Shown one piece after another: positions 1 to 9,800 of a DNA stretch of 30,632 nt. The position numbers and the translations under genes were made by a program. Source of the DNA: Archangium sp. GTDB lineage: Bacteria; Myxococcota; Myxococcia; Myxococcales; Myxococcaceae. Within the stretch, counting starts at the first letter, position 1. Each line of letters starts with the position of its first letter. A model generated the notes under the pieces. The model did no database searches. It had not been told where the DNA came from and saw nothing but the letters and a program-made list of their open reading frames with translations. The stretch spans positions 1 through 30,632 of the forward strand of contig JANLPS010000542.1 of assembly GCA_031367385.1 (NCBI GenBank), in the 5' to 3' direction.

Positions 1-680
1 TCGAGCGTCACCGGCCCCGCCGCCGGCAAATCGAACCGCAGGTCTTGCCCCGGTTTGCTGCGCTTGACGACCACGGCCCCGGGGCCCCCGTACCGGCCTC
101 CGCGGCGAATGGCCTCATCGGTACCCTCGACCGCCTCGACCGCCAGCACCGCGCCGTTCTTGACCACCACCGTCTGCCCGACATCAGCCCTGCCCAGGGT
201 CAGGGCCACCTCGCGACCCACCGCGATGTCGCTCCACTGCGCGGCGGTGGGCACGGGCCCGGCGAGGTGGCCTTGGGCGGCGAGCACCGAGGTCACGAAG
301 TCAGTCGCGGCGACAATGGTGATGCCTTGCTTCTCGAAGTACCCCGCCACCGCCCTGAGCACCTCGTCGTCTCTCATGCTGCGCAGCGAGGCCATGATGC
401 GAAACGCGCCCAGGTCAGGCCGCGCCGACGCGACCGAGCGAATTCTCCCGATGCCTCCGGCCATCACGGCCTTCTCGACTCCATGCGAGCGGAGCGCCGA
501 GACGATGCGATCGATCTGCGCCACCTTCACCCAGGTCAGCGACTCGACCAGCGCCCCGAGGCTCTCGTCGGCCTCGCCCACGTGCGCAACGCAATGCACC
601 GCGTACCCCTGCTCGCGGGCGGCCCGAGCGAACACCTTCGGCAACTGCCCACTGCCGGCGATCAGCCCAATCGGAGTCAT
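1..680 (-). CDS. lpxI: UDP-2,3-diacylglucosamine pyrophosphatase LpxI (3' end runs off the window)
   Basis: Missing from the ORF track because it has no stop in the window. Manual translation from ATG 680 gives MTPIGLIAGSGQLPKVFARAA...DVGQTVVVKNGAVLAVEAVEGTDEAIRRGG...KPGQDLRFDLPAAG, which are typical LpxI motifs. Lies directly downstream of lpxA. Confidence 0.93.
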   Translation of the reverse strand, partial: MTPIGLIAGSGQLPKVFARAAREQGYAVHCVAHVGEADESLGALVESLTWVKVAQIDRIVSALRSHGVEKAVMAGGIGRIRSVASARPDLGAFRIMASLRSMRDDEVLRAVAGYFEKQGITIVAATDFVTSVLAAQGHLAGPVPTAAQWSDIAVGREVALTLGRADVGQTVVVKNGAVLAVEAVEGTDEAIRRGGRYGGPGAVVVKRSKPGQDLRFDLPAAGPVTL

Positions 681-682
681 CG

Positions 683-1456
683 TTACCGGGTGATGCCGCG
701 TTTGCTGGCGGTGATGAACGAGAGCATCAGCTCGATCTCCGAGTGCCCGCCGTACTCGGCCTTGAGCCGAGTCAGCGCCTCATTGAGCCCCAGCTTCGAG
801 CGAAACAAGATGCTGTACGCCTCTTTGACCCGGCCAATCTGCTCGTCGCTGAACCCATGCCGCGACAGCCCCACGGTGTTGAGCCCGGCCAGCTCGGCCC
901 GATCACCCTGCGCGGTGCAGAAGGGCGGCACGTCCATCACCACCATCGCGCCTCCGGCCACGAAGGCGTGCTTGCCGATGCGGGTGAACTGGTGAATCGC
1001 CGACAACCCGCCCAGGGTCACGAAGTCACTCAGCTCGACGTGCCCTGCCAGGGTCGCGCAGTTGGCCAGCACACACCCGCTGCCCACCACGCAGTCATGC
1101 GCGATGTGGCAATACGCCATGAACAAGTTCTTGTTGCCGACCGTGGTGACGCCGCCACCGCCCGCGGTGCCGAGGTGCATGGTGACGAACTCGCGAATGG
1201 TGTTGTCGTCGCCGATGACCAAGCGGGTCGGCTCTCCGGCGTACTTGAGGTCTTGGGGCACGGCACCGATCGACGTGTGGTGAAAAATGGTGTTGCGCAA
1301 ACCGATGGTCGTCTGACCGTCGATGACGGCGTGGGGGCCGACCTTGCTGCCGGCGCCGATTCGAACGCCGCTCCCGATGATCGCGAAAGGCCCGACCTCG
1401 ACCGACTCGTGCAACACAGCGGCGGGGTGAACGATCGCCGTGGGGTGCACACTCAC
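683..1456 (-). CDS. lpxA: Acyl-ACP--UDP-N-acetylglucosamine O-acyltransferase LpxA
   Basis: Hexapeptide repeats plus PQDLKY, IREFVT, HIAHDC, LAGHV and HQFTRIG motifs; operon context. Confidence 0.97.
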   Translation of the reverse strand: MSVHPTAIVHPAAVLHESVEVGPFAIIGSGVRIGAGSKVGPHAVIDGQTTIGLRNTIFHHTSIGAVPQDLKYAGEPTRLVIGDDNTIREFVTMHLGTAGGGGVTTVGNKNLFMAYCHIAHDCVVGSGCVLANCATLAGHVELSDFVTLGGLSAIHQFTRIGKHAFVAGGAMVVMDVPPFCTAQGDRAELAGLNTVGLSRHGFSDEQIGRVKEAYSILFRSKLGLNEALTRLKAEYGGHSEIELMLSFITASKRGITR

Positions 1457-1908
1457 GGAGCCACCGGCTTCTGGTTGCTCATCACCGTGGCCAAGAACTC
1501 AGCCTCGGCGACGACCTGCCCATCGACCGTCGCGGTGCCGCGCTGCTTCCACACCGCTGACTTGTGGCGCATCACCTCGACCGAGAGGGTCAAGCGGTCG
1601 CCCGGCACGACGGGCTTTCGAAACTTCGCCCCATCGATGGCCATCAGGTACACGACCTGGGTGGTCGGGTCGAAGCTCGCGCTCTTGTACGCCAAGATCG
1701 CGCAGGCCTGAGCCAGCGCCTCGAGAATCAGCACGCCCGGCATCACCGGGTGCCCGGGGAAATGGCCGTTGAAGAACTCCTCGTTCGCGGTGACGTTCTT
1801 GAAGCCGACCAGGCGCTTCTCGGGCTCGTACTCCGTCACGCGGTCGACCAGCAGAAACGGGTACCGGTGCGGCAACATCTTCTGAATGTCGTTGATGTCG
1901 AGAATCAT
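1453..1908 (-). CDS. fabZ: 3-hydroxyacyl-ACP dehydratase FabZ
   Basis: LPHRYPFLLVDRV and FFNGHFPGHPVMPGVLILEALAQ signatures; 4-bp overlaps with both neighbours. Confidence 0.98.
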   Translation of the reverse strand: MILDINDIQKMLPHRYPFLLVDRVTEYEPEKRLVGFKNVTANEEFFNGHFPGHPVMPGVLILEALAQACAILAYKSASFDPTTQVVYLMAIDGAKFRKPVVPGDRLTLSVEVMRHKSAVWKQRGTATVDGQVVAEAEFLATVMSNQKPVAP

Positions 1909-2942
1909 TTCTTTGACTGCTCCAGGGCTTCAAGGCGTTTGCGAAGCGAGCTCAGCTCCCGGCTCAAGGCGGGCAACCGAGAAAACACAGCGTATGAGCG
2001 CAGATAGTCGCGCTGCGAAAAAGCCGGAGCGCCCATCATCGTCGCCCCGTCGGGCACATCGCCCATGATGCCGGCCTGGCCCGCGACCTTGACCATGTCG
2101 CCGATGCGCAAGTGCCCGGCCACGCCGACCTGGCCCGCCAGCACCACGCCGGTGCCGAGCTCACTGGTGCCCGACAACCCGACCTGGGCGCAGAGAATCG
2201 ACATCGGCCCCACCGTGCTGTTGTGGCCGACCTGCACCAGGTTATCGAGCTTGGCCCCGCGGGCGATGACGGTCTCTCCAGTCGTCGCGCGGTCGATGCA
2301 CGAGCAGGCGCCGATTTCGACGTCGTCTTCGACGCGCACGATGCCCGCCTGGGGAATCTTGATGTGCGCGGGCTTCTCGGCGTCGAAGGCGAACCCGAAC
2401 CCATCTGCGCCGATGACGCAGCTGGGGTGCAACAGGCAGCGCGCGCCTACCACGCAGCGCTCGAGCACCGACACGTTCGCCGACAGCACGGTGTCATCGC
2501 CCACCTGCGCCCCTTCACCCACGAACACCCCGGGGAAGAGAACGGCCCGCGCGCCGATGACCGCGTCTTTCGAGACGGTCGCTCCGGCCATCACGGTGGC
2601 GCTGGGGTCGACGCGGGCCGAGGGGTCGATGTGCGCCGCAGGCGAGCAGCCCGGCGCGTGCACCTTCGGAGGGTGAAATTCAGTCGCGACCTGCGCGAAG
2701 GCCAGGTGCGGGTTGGCGACCCGAATGTATGTGCGCCCACCGCGCTCGGGCGCATCGGCCCCCACCAGCACCACCAGCGCCCGACTCTGCTGCAGCGCCT
2801 GCTTGTACTTGGGGTTGGCGTAGAACGAGAGCTGCCCTGGGCCAGCGTGATCGAGCCCGCTGACGCCCCAGATGTTCAGCGCACCGTCACCCTCGAGCTC
2901 ACCGCGAACGAGCGCCGCGAGCTGTCGTGCGGTTCGGGTCAC
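1905..2942 (-). CDS. lpxD: UDP-3-O-(3-hydroxyacyl)glucosamine N-acyltransferase LpxD
   Basis: IGADGFGF, KIPQAG, VEIGA, IDRA and KLDNLVQVGHN motifs; hexapeptide repeats. Confidence 0.96.
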   Translation of the reverse strand: MTRTARQLAALVRGELEGDGALNIWGVSGLDHAGPGQLSFYANPKYKQALQQSRALVVLVGADAPERGGRTYIRVANPHLAFAQVATEFHPPKVHAPGCSPAAHIDPSARVDPSATVMAGATVSKDAVIGARAVLFPGVFVGEGAQVGDDTVLSANVSVLERCVVGARCLLHPSCVIGADGFGFAFDAEKPAHIKIPQAGIVRVEDDVEIGACSCIDRATTGETVIARGAKLDNLVQVGHNSTVGPMSILCAQVGLSGTSELGTGVVLAGQVGVAGHLRIGDMVKVAGQAGIMGDVPDGATMMGAPAFSQRDYLRSYAVFSRLPALSRELSSLRKRLEALEQSKK

Positions 2943-3532
2943 TTCGCCGGTACGTCTTTGGCCGCTGCCGGCACCGCCGACGGAGCCGGAGCCGCCGACG
3001 CCGTGGTCTTCGCGGCGCCCTTGACCGGGTACTTGTCGTTGTAAGTGCGCACGAGCTCGTTGGTCAGGTCGAGGCTGGCCGGCGCGTACACCAGGCCCGA
3101 GTCGGTCTTCTCGAACACCATGGTGAGGGTCTCGCGCTGGGCGATGCTGGCGATGATCGGGTCCATCTTCTCGAAGATTTTCTTGAGCTCAACGCGCTCT
3201 TTTTCAGCGAGCTCGCTCTGCAGCCGCTCAGCCTTCTGGGTCAGGTCGAACAAGCGTTTCTGAAGCTCGGTGAACTTCTGGTTGCGCACCTCTTCGCTCA
3301 TCATCGCGCCCTGCTTGTCGAGCACGGCCTTGTCGTCGCGCAGCTTGTTCTGCTCGGCCTCGAACTCGTTCTTCTTCTTGTCGACTTCGCTCTTGAGGCG
3401 CGACTTGGCCGACTGCCCCTCTTGCACCTCGGCGAGCGCCCGCTGAAGGTCGACGTACCCAAGCTTGATGTCAGCCGAGGCGACGCCGGCGGTCAAAAGG
3501 GTGACGAGTGCGATGAACGAGTGACGGCGCAT
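2939..3532 (-). CDS. skp: OmpH/Skp family periplasmic chaperone
   Basis: Start moved to ATG 3532, giving signal peptide MRRHSFIALVTLLTAGVASA. It is followed by KLGYVDLQRAL, a long coiled coil and LVYAPASLDLTNELV. Located upstream of lpxD. Confidence 0.9.
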   Translation of the reverse strand: MRRHSFIALVTLLTAGVASADIKLGYVDLQRALAEVQEGQSAKSRLKSEVDKKKNEFEAEQNKLRDDKAVLDKQGAMMSEEVRNQKFTELQKRLFDLTQKAERLQSELAEKERVELKKIFEKMDPIIASIAQRETLTMVFEKTDSGLVYAPASLDLTNELVRTYNDKYPVKGAAKTTASAAPAPSAVPAAAKDVPAK

Positions 3533-3653
3533 ACGAGAGGCTCCAAGAGTGAAAAGCGCGCGGACCCTAGGGGTGTGCGCTCGTGTGGTCAAGCACACCG
3601 ACGGGCGATGGCCACCCCTATTCACGGGCTCGACGTCGATTCTTGAAGTTGGC

Positions 3654-4091
3654 ATGTTCTCGAAAATGCTCGGGTTTTTGCTCAGCGTGGCGCTCGCGGC
3701 GCCCTTTCCGCTCCCCACGGTCGATGGCAAGGCGCTCTCGGTCACCGAAGGGCAGACCCGCTTCATCGTGCCCCTGCGCTTCGAGAAGGTGCGGGCGTTT
3801 TACCTGGCCGAGCTCGCTGCGGCGCAGGTCACCACCACGGTCAAGCGTGAGGCCCAGGGCGCGGTTCTGACGCTGGTCAATCGGCGGGGTTCAGACTCGT
3901 GGAAGAAGGCGGTCGTGCGCGAGTCAGAGGCCGGCACGCAGATCGACGTGACGCCGATCATTCGGCTCTCTGAGGAGCGCGTCACTGGCAACGGCAAGCC
4001 GCTGGTCGAGTTCATTCTGGGGCGGTCGCGGGCGGTCGACCAGGCGGTTGAAGACATCGGCGACGCCCATGTCGAAGCGATTCGCAAGTGA
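3654..4091 (+). CDS. Hypothetical exported protein
   Basis: Signal-peptide-like N-terminus (MFSKMLGFLLSVALAAP), GC3-rich codons, GTGA overlap with the next gene. Start could be 3654 or 3666. Confidence 0.7.
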   Translation: MFSKMLGFLLSVALAAPFPLPTVDGKALSVTEGQTRFIVPLRFEKVRAFYLAELAAAQVTTTVKREAQGAVLTLVNRRGSDSWKKAVVRESEAGTQIDVTPIIRLSEERVTGNGKPLVEFILGRSRAVDQAVEDIGDAHVEAIRK

Positions 4092-4693
4092 CTGAGGGCC
4101 TCGCGCTGATGCGCAAGGGGGCCCTGCTGTTCGTGGTGGGCGTGGCGTGTGCCGAGGGTCGGCTGGCGGTTCGGGCGCTGCGTTCGGTGAACCCGCACTA
4201 CCCGACCGAGGCGGCTGGTCGAACGCTGGGCGTGCTGTGCTTCGCGCTGGTGGTCTCGGCGCTGGTGACTGGGCCGGTGCGCCTGTTCACCAAGCGAGAA
4301 GCGTCGTTTTTCTTAGCGCCCACGGCGATTGCCTTGGCGCTGGCGTGCGTGCCGCTGCCACCCTCTGACTTTTTCGCGAATGGTGGCACCGACCACTGGT
4401 TGCTGGTCTTCCCCCCGCTCGGCTTCGCCATCGCGCCCGCCGCAGTGCTGCTTCGCAACCTCATCAGAGGCCCCCGCTGGCCTGCCGTACTCGCGCAAAC
4501 CGGGCTGGCAACCGCTCTCGTCTTGCTCGGGTTCATCGCGCTGGTCGACGGCTTCGGAGCACACGAGCTCTCGGCCAGAGCCGCCGCCGGGTGCGCCTTC
4601 TTCGCGCTCGCAGCCCTTGGCAGCCTGGCGCTCACGAAAAAGGGGACAGGCGGGTTTGAACCTCAGGGTTCAGATTCGCCGCCGTCGTCGTGA
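4088..4693 (+). CDS. Hypothetical integral membrane protein (about 6 predicted TM helices)
   Basis: Several hydrophobic segments; overlaps the upstream stop. The C-terminal tail (TKKGTGGFEPQGSDSPPSS) is encoded by the repeat unit. Confidence 0.7.
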   Translation: MTEGLALMRKGALLFVVGVACAEGRLAVRALRSVNPHYPTEAAGRTLGVLCFALVVSALVTGPVRLFTKREASFFLAPTAIALALACVPLPPSDFFANGGTDHWLLVFPPLGFAIAPAAVLLRNLIRGPRWPAVLAQTGLATALVLLGFIALVDGFGAHELSARAAAGCAFFALAALGSLALTKKGTGGFEPQGSDSPPSS

Positions 4694-4936
4694 CGCGCTG
4701 GCCACCGCTCCGGTCTCGCTCGCGCACATCGCGGTCGCCGACGGCTCCGGCGTGCGGGAACTCTTCACCGGGCGGCCGCGGGGTGCGCCTTCTTCGCGCT
4801 CGCAGGCCTTGGCAGCCTGGCGCTCACGAAAAGGGGACAGGCTGGTCTGAACCTCGAGGTTCAGATTCGCCGCCGTCGCCGTGACGCGCTGGCCATCGCT
4901 CTGGTCTTGCTCGCGCACATCGAGGTCGCCGACGGA
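4503..4936 (+). repeat. Degenerate direct tandem repeat, ~191-192 bp period, ~2.3 copies; copy 1 is the 3' end of the membrane-protein gene
   Basis: GGGTGCGCCTTCTTCGCGCTCGCAG.CCTTGGCAGCCTGGCGCTCACGAAAA(A)GGGGACAGGC at ~4589 and ~4781; TCAGATTCGCCGCCGTCG.CGTGACGCGCTGGCCA at ~4670 and ~4861. Confidence 0.93.
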
Positions 4937-4949
4937 TGAACGCCAGCAA

Positions 4950-5315
4950 CGCATGCGCGATCGCCAGGCTGCTGAAGCCGACCTGCCGCACGCCGCGGCG
5001 CTCCGAAGCCGCCAACAAGCGCGATGAACCAGCGCAAGCCGGGGGCGGTGGGCCACCGCTTCATCACGCCGGAGGCGAATCTGTACCGTGGAGGCTCAAA
5101 CCAGCCAGCCCTCCGTTTCGTGAGCGCCAGGGCTGCTGAAAGCCGAAAAGGGGCCGGCTGCGGCGGCTCTGGCCGAGGGCTCACGCGCCGAAGCAGCGAA
5201 CGGGCGCGATGGCCTGTCCCTTTTTTTGTGAGTGTCAGGCTGCCAAGGCCTCCGAGCGCGAAGAACGCGCACCCCGCAGCGGCCCGGTGAAGAGTTCCGG
5301 CACGCCGGAGCGACG
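4950..5315 (-). repeat. Inverted degenerate partial copies (about three) of the same unit
   Basis: The reverse complement of 5211-5315 matches copy 2 (CTCCGGCGTGC.GGAACTCTTCACCGGGC...GGGGTGCGC.TTCTTCGCGCTCG...CTTGGCAGCCTG.CACTCACAAAAAAAGGGACAGGC). 5065-5200 and 4950-5055 carry more decayed matches (CTCGGCCAGAGCCGCCGC, CTGGCGCTCACGAAA, CAGATTCGCC, GGTTCATCGCGCT, GGCTTCGGAGC). Confidence 0.85.
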
Positions 5316-5367
5316 CTTGGAGCGCGCGAGCTCGCGGCAAAGAGCTGCCGCTGATGCGTCAGGCTGG

Positions 5368-5431
5368 CTGTCCCAACGATGCGACAGACTTGGAACCTGC
5401 AGGTTCAAAAATCGTCCCAACGTTGGGACAG
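5368..5431. repeat. Nested palindromic element (REP-like)
   Basis: 11-bp terminal inverted repeats CTGTCCCAACG (5368-5378) and CGTTGGGACAG (5421-5431); internal palindromes GAACCTGCAGGTTC (5393-5406) and GTCCCAACGTTGGGAC (5414-5429). Confidence 0.7.
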
Positions 5432-5440
5432 TAGGCCCTC

Positions 5441-5483
5441 GCGAAACGACGGGGCTCAGTCACAGCCGGACCCCCGTTTTCGC
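5441..5483. terminator. Possible hairpin or terminator downstream of purA
   Basis: Imperfect inverted repeat GCGAAACGACGGGG...CCCCGTTTTCGC about 40 bp past the purA stop; no clear U-tract. Confidence 0.3.
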
Positions 5484-5519
5484 CGCCGCGCGTGCGCTGA
5501 CGGCTGCGCCACCTGTGAG

Positions 5520-6881
<1,362 letters not shown>

Positions 6882-9800
6882 TCACGCGGCGTCAGGGTGA
6901 CATCGGTACACATAGCCACACCCGAGGGCGCGACAGGTCTCGAGCGGCCGCCCCTCGAACACCCTGGTGATCTGCGAGGTGGTCAGCGCCCGGGCCTCGG
7001 CGACCAGGCCGGAGCGCAAGGTGGCGGCGTCGACGACCGACGGCAAGAAGTGGGGGCGCGGGTCGTCATCGCGCAGAAACACGAGGCCGGCCCTGACTGG
7101 CCGTTCGTCTGCCAACAATGCCGCCGCGGCGACGGCGTAGCACCCGAGCTGAAAGGCGTACGAGCCCAGGCCCGCGGGAGGCGCCCGCGAGGTCTTGTAA
7201 TCGAGCACCTCGAGGCCCTCGGGCCCGTCGATCACCAGGTCGATTTGCCCGCGCAGGTGCAGGGTGAAGTCGCCGCTGGGCGAGCGGAGCGGCAGCACGA
7301 AGGGCAGCTCCCGGTGCACCCGCGACTCACCCAGCGAGGCGATGCGGCGGCCCGCGGGGCTGGCCCAGAACCCGTGCACCCACCGCAGCACCGACTCGTC
7401 GACGTCGTCGGGCAGATCTTCAGCGCGGCGAAGGTCGCGCAGCACGGCCATCAGCTGGTCTGAGCCCACCGCATCGAGCGGCGTCAGCTCGAGCAACCGG
7501 TGCGCGGCGGTGCCTCGGGCACGAACATCGACCGGGCCCCCTGCCCCTTCACGCGTGCCGGGCTCTTCGTCAGCCACGAAGCTGCGGGGGCGTTCAGCGA
7601 GCCCAACCTGGTGCGCGAAATGAAAGCGCCGCGGGCAACTGACGAAGTCTTGCAGCTGCGTGACCGGCAACACCGCCTCGACCGGGCGGGTCGAAGGGCC
7701 CTGTCGAACGCGCTCGATGATCTGCCGCACCTGCTCGGTCGCGCTGGCCGGAGCCGTGAGCGGATCAACCGGCGGCGCCCCCTCGGGCAGCGAGTCGACC
7801 TGTACGTCGGTCACGTCGTTCCAACTGTCGTTTTGCAGCACGTCGGCCCAGTGCTTGAGCTTGTCGCCCACCTTGGGCGCCATCAGACCGAGCACGACCT
7901 GATCTCTGGCGCGGGTCATCGCCACGTAGAGCAACCGCAGATTCTCGGCGAAGGCGCGCCGGTTTCGCACCGATGAGATCGCTTTTTCTCGCGCCGCTCC
8001 GGTGATGCTCTCGGGCATGCCGAAGGGGCGAATCGCCAGACCTTCGTTGCGGTCGAACCAGATCAGCTCGCGTTCGTTGCGGCGGGCCGCGAACAGCTCA
8101 GGCAGCACCACGATCGGCCACTCCAGCCCCTTGGCCTGGTGCACCGTGCACAGCGTCACGGCCTCGGGGTCGTAGGCATCGAGCACGTCGCCTTGTGCCT
8201 CGCGGGGCTCGCGTTGGGCGAGCTGCAGCAGCTCTTGCGCGAAGGCCCCCGCGCCGATGCCCGCATTCTGCCGGGTCGTGGCGAGCTCGAGCAGCTTCTC
8301 GACGTTGGCCAGCGCCTGTTCTCCGAAAGGGCCGGCGGCGAGCGCCTCGCGCACCTCGAGGGTGTCGAGGGTGACCCGAACCAGCGCGCGCAGCCCCAGC
8401 CGGTCGCGCTCGCGCAGCAGCGTGGCAAAGAGCGTGCGAAACCGCTCGAAGCGGGTCACCTCGTCGGGTGAGAGACCGGTCAGGTCGATCGTGGCGTCGA
8501 GCAGCACCCGGTGGGCGTCGAGCCCGCGGGTCGGCTGGGCGAGGCGAACGAGCGACGCGTCACGCAGGCCGACCAGCGGGCTGCGCAGCACCGTCGCCAA
8601 CGCCAGCGCATCACCCGGCGTGGCCAACAGCTTGAGCCAGCAGGCCAGATCAACGACCTCTTGCGCCCCGAAGAAGCCGCGGCCCCGCACCACCCGGTGG
8701 CGAACGCCGTGGCGCACCAGGGCCAGCCGGTAGGTCTCGAGCTGGGTGAGCCGCTGAAAGAGCATCGCGATGTCGGCGCCGCGCACGGTGCCTTCGCTCA
8801 AGCGCTGTCGTACGAAGCGCGCCACGGCGTCGGCGTCGAACTCGCGCAGGGTGGCCGCGTCGGGTTTTTCGGGCAGCGTCGCCGTCAACCGAACGATGGG
8901 AGTGCCCTCGACGTGCCCGCGCTGCGCCTGCAGGTGGTCTTGCTCGGTGTAGACGACCTCGAAGGCCCGGGGAGCGCCTTCGAACTTCTCTTTCGCGAGC
9001 ACCCGCAGCATCAGGGTGTTGAGCGAGGCGACCAACGCCGGTGACGAGCGCCACGAGGTCTGCAGCCACGCGCGCCCACCGCCGCTGGCCTCGATGCGCC
9101 GGGCCATTTCTTCGAACACGGTGACGTCGGCGCCCCGAAATTCGTAGATGCCCTGCTTGCGGTCACCAACGACGGCGAGAAACGCACGTTGCAGCGGCAG
9201 CTCGAGCACTTCTTGCGAGGCGCTCTCGAGCGATTCGGAGATCGGCCGCGGAGCCCCCTGCCGTTTCTCGGCGAGGAACATCACCAGCTCGAGCTGCACC
9301 CGGTTGGTGTCTTGAAACTCGTCGACCAGCAGCGCGCCGAAGCGGGTTTGCGCCTCGAGCCGGGCCGTCGGCACGTCACGCAGCAGGTTTCGCGCCTGCA
9401 GCAGCATGCCGGTGAAGTCGAGCACCCCTCGGGCCTTGAGGGCCTGCTCGTGCAGCCGCATCACCTCGCCGAGCAGGTCGCGAATCGCCGCCTCGTAGGG
9501 CGCCAGGCCGACGGCGGCGTGAAGCCAATCGAGGCGCCTCGGGTTGGCGCTGTCTTTGACGTCGCTGACGAAGGTGCGGGCCTCTCTGAGCTCGGAGATG
9601 TTCTTCAACGCGCCGCTCAGCTCTTGCAGCACCGCGGCATCGGTGGGGTACGACTCGAACGAGGTCGAGTTGAGCAACGCGGCGAATGCCCGGGCCTTGT
9701 CGTTTTCTTTGGGCTTCTTGGCGTAGGCCCGTTGAATGCCGTCTCGGGTCAGCGCCTGCACCTCGGCGAGGGTGCGTTCGAATTCACGCCGCGCGGCGAT

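Noticed and set aside
45..995. Plus-strand ORFs 45-995 and 55-693, and similar long shadow ORFs elsewhere (e.g. 5379-6854, 9189-10487, 22701-24080)
   Set aside because: They are antisense to clearly identified genes and are expected in high-GC DNA.
3533..3766. Long N-terminal extension of Skp in the ORF track
   Set aside because: It overlaps the divergent gene; the signal peptide begins at ATG 3532.
4670..5420. Short ORFs in the repeat region (4690-4884, 4861-5340 and others)
   Set aside because: They are frameshifted translations of the repeat unit, with no convincing start or independent protein features.
4503..5431. CRISPR array or DGR template/variable repeat pair
   Set aside because: Units are ~190 bp and degenerate, have no unique spacers and occur in both orientations. 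Differences include indels and are not adenine-specific. No cas or reverse transcriptase gene is in the window.
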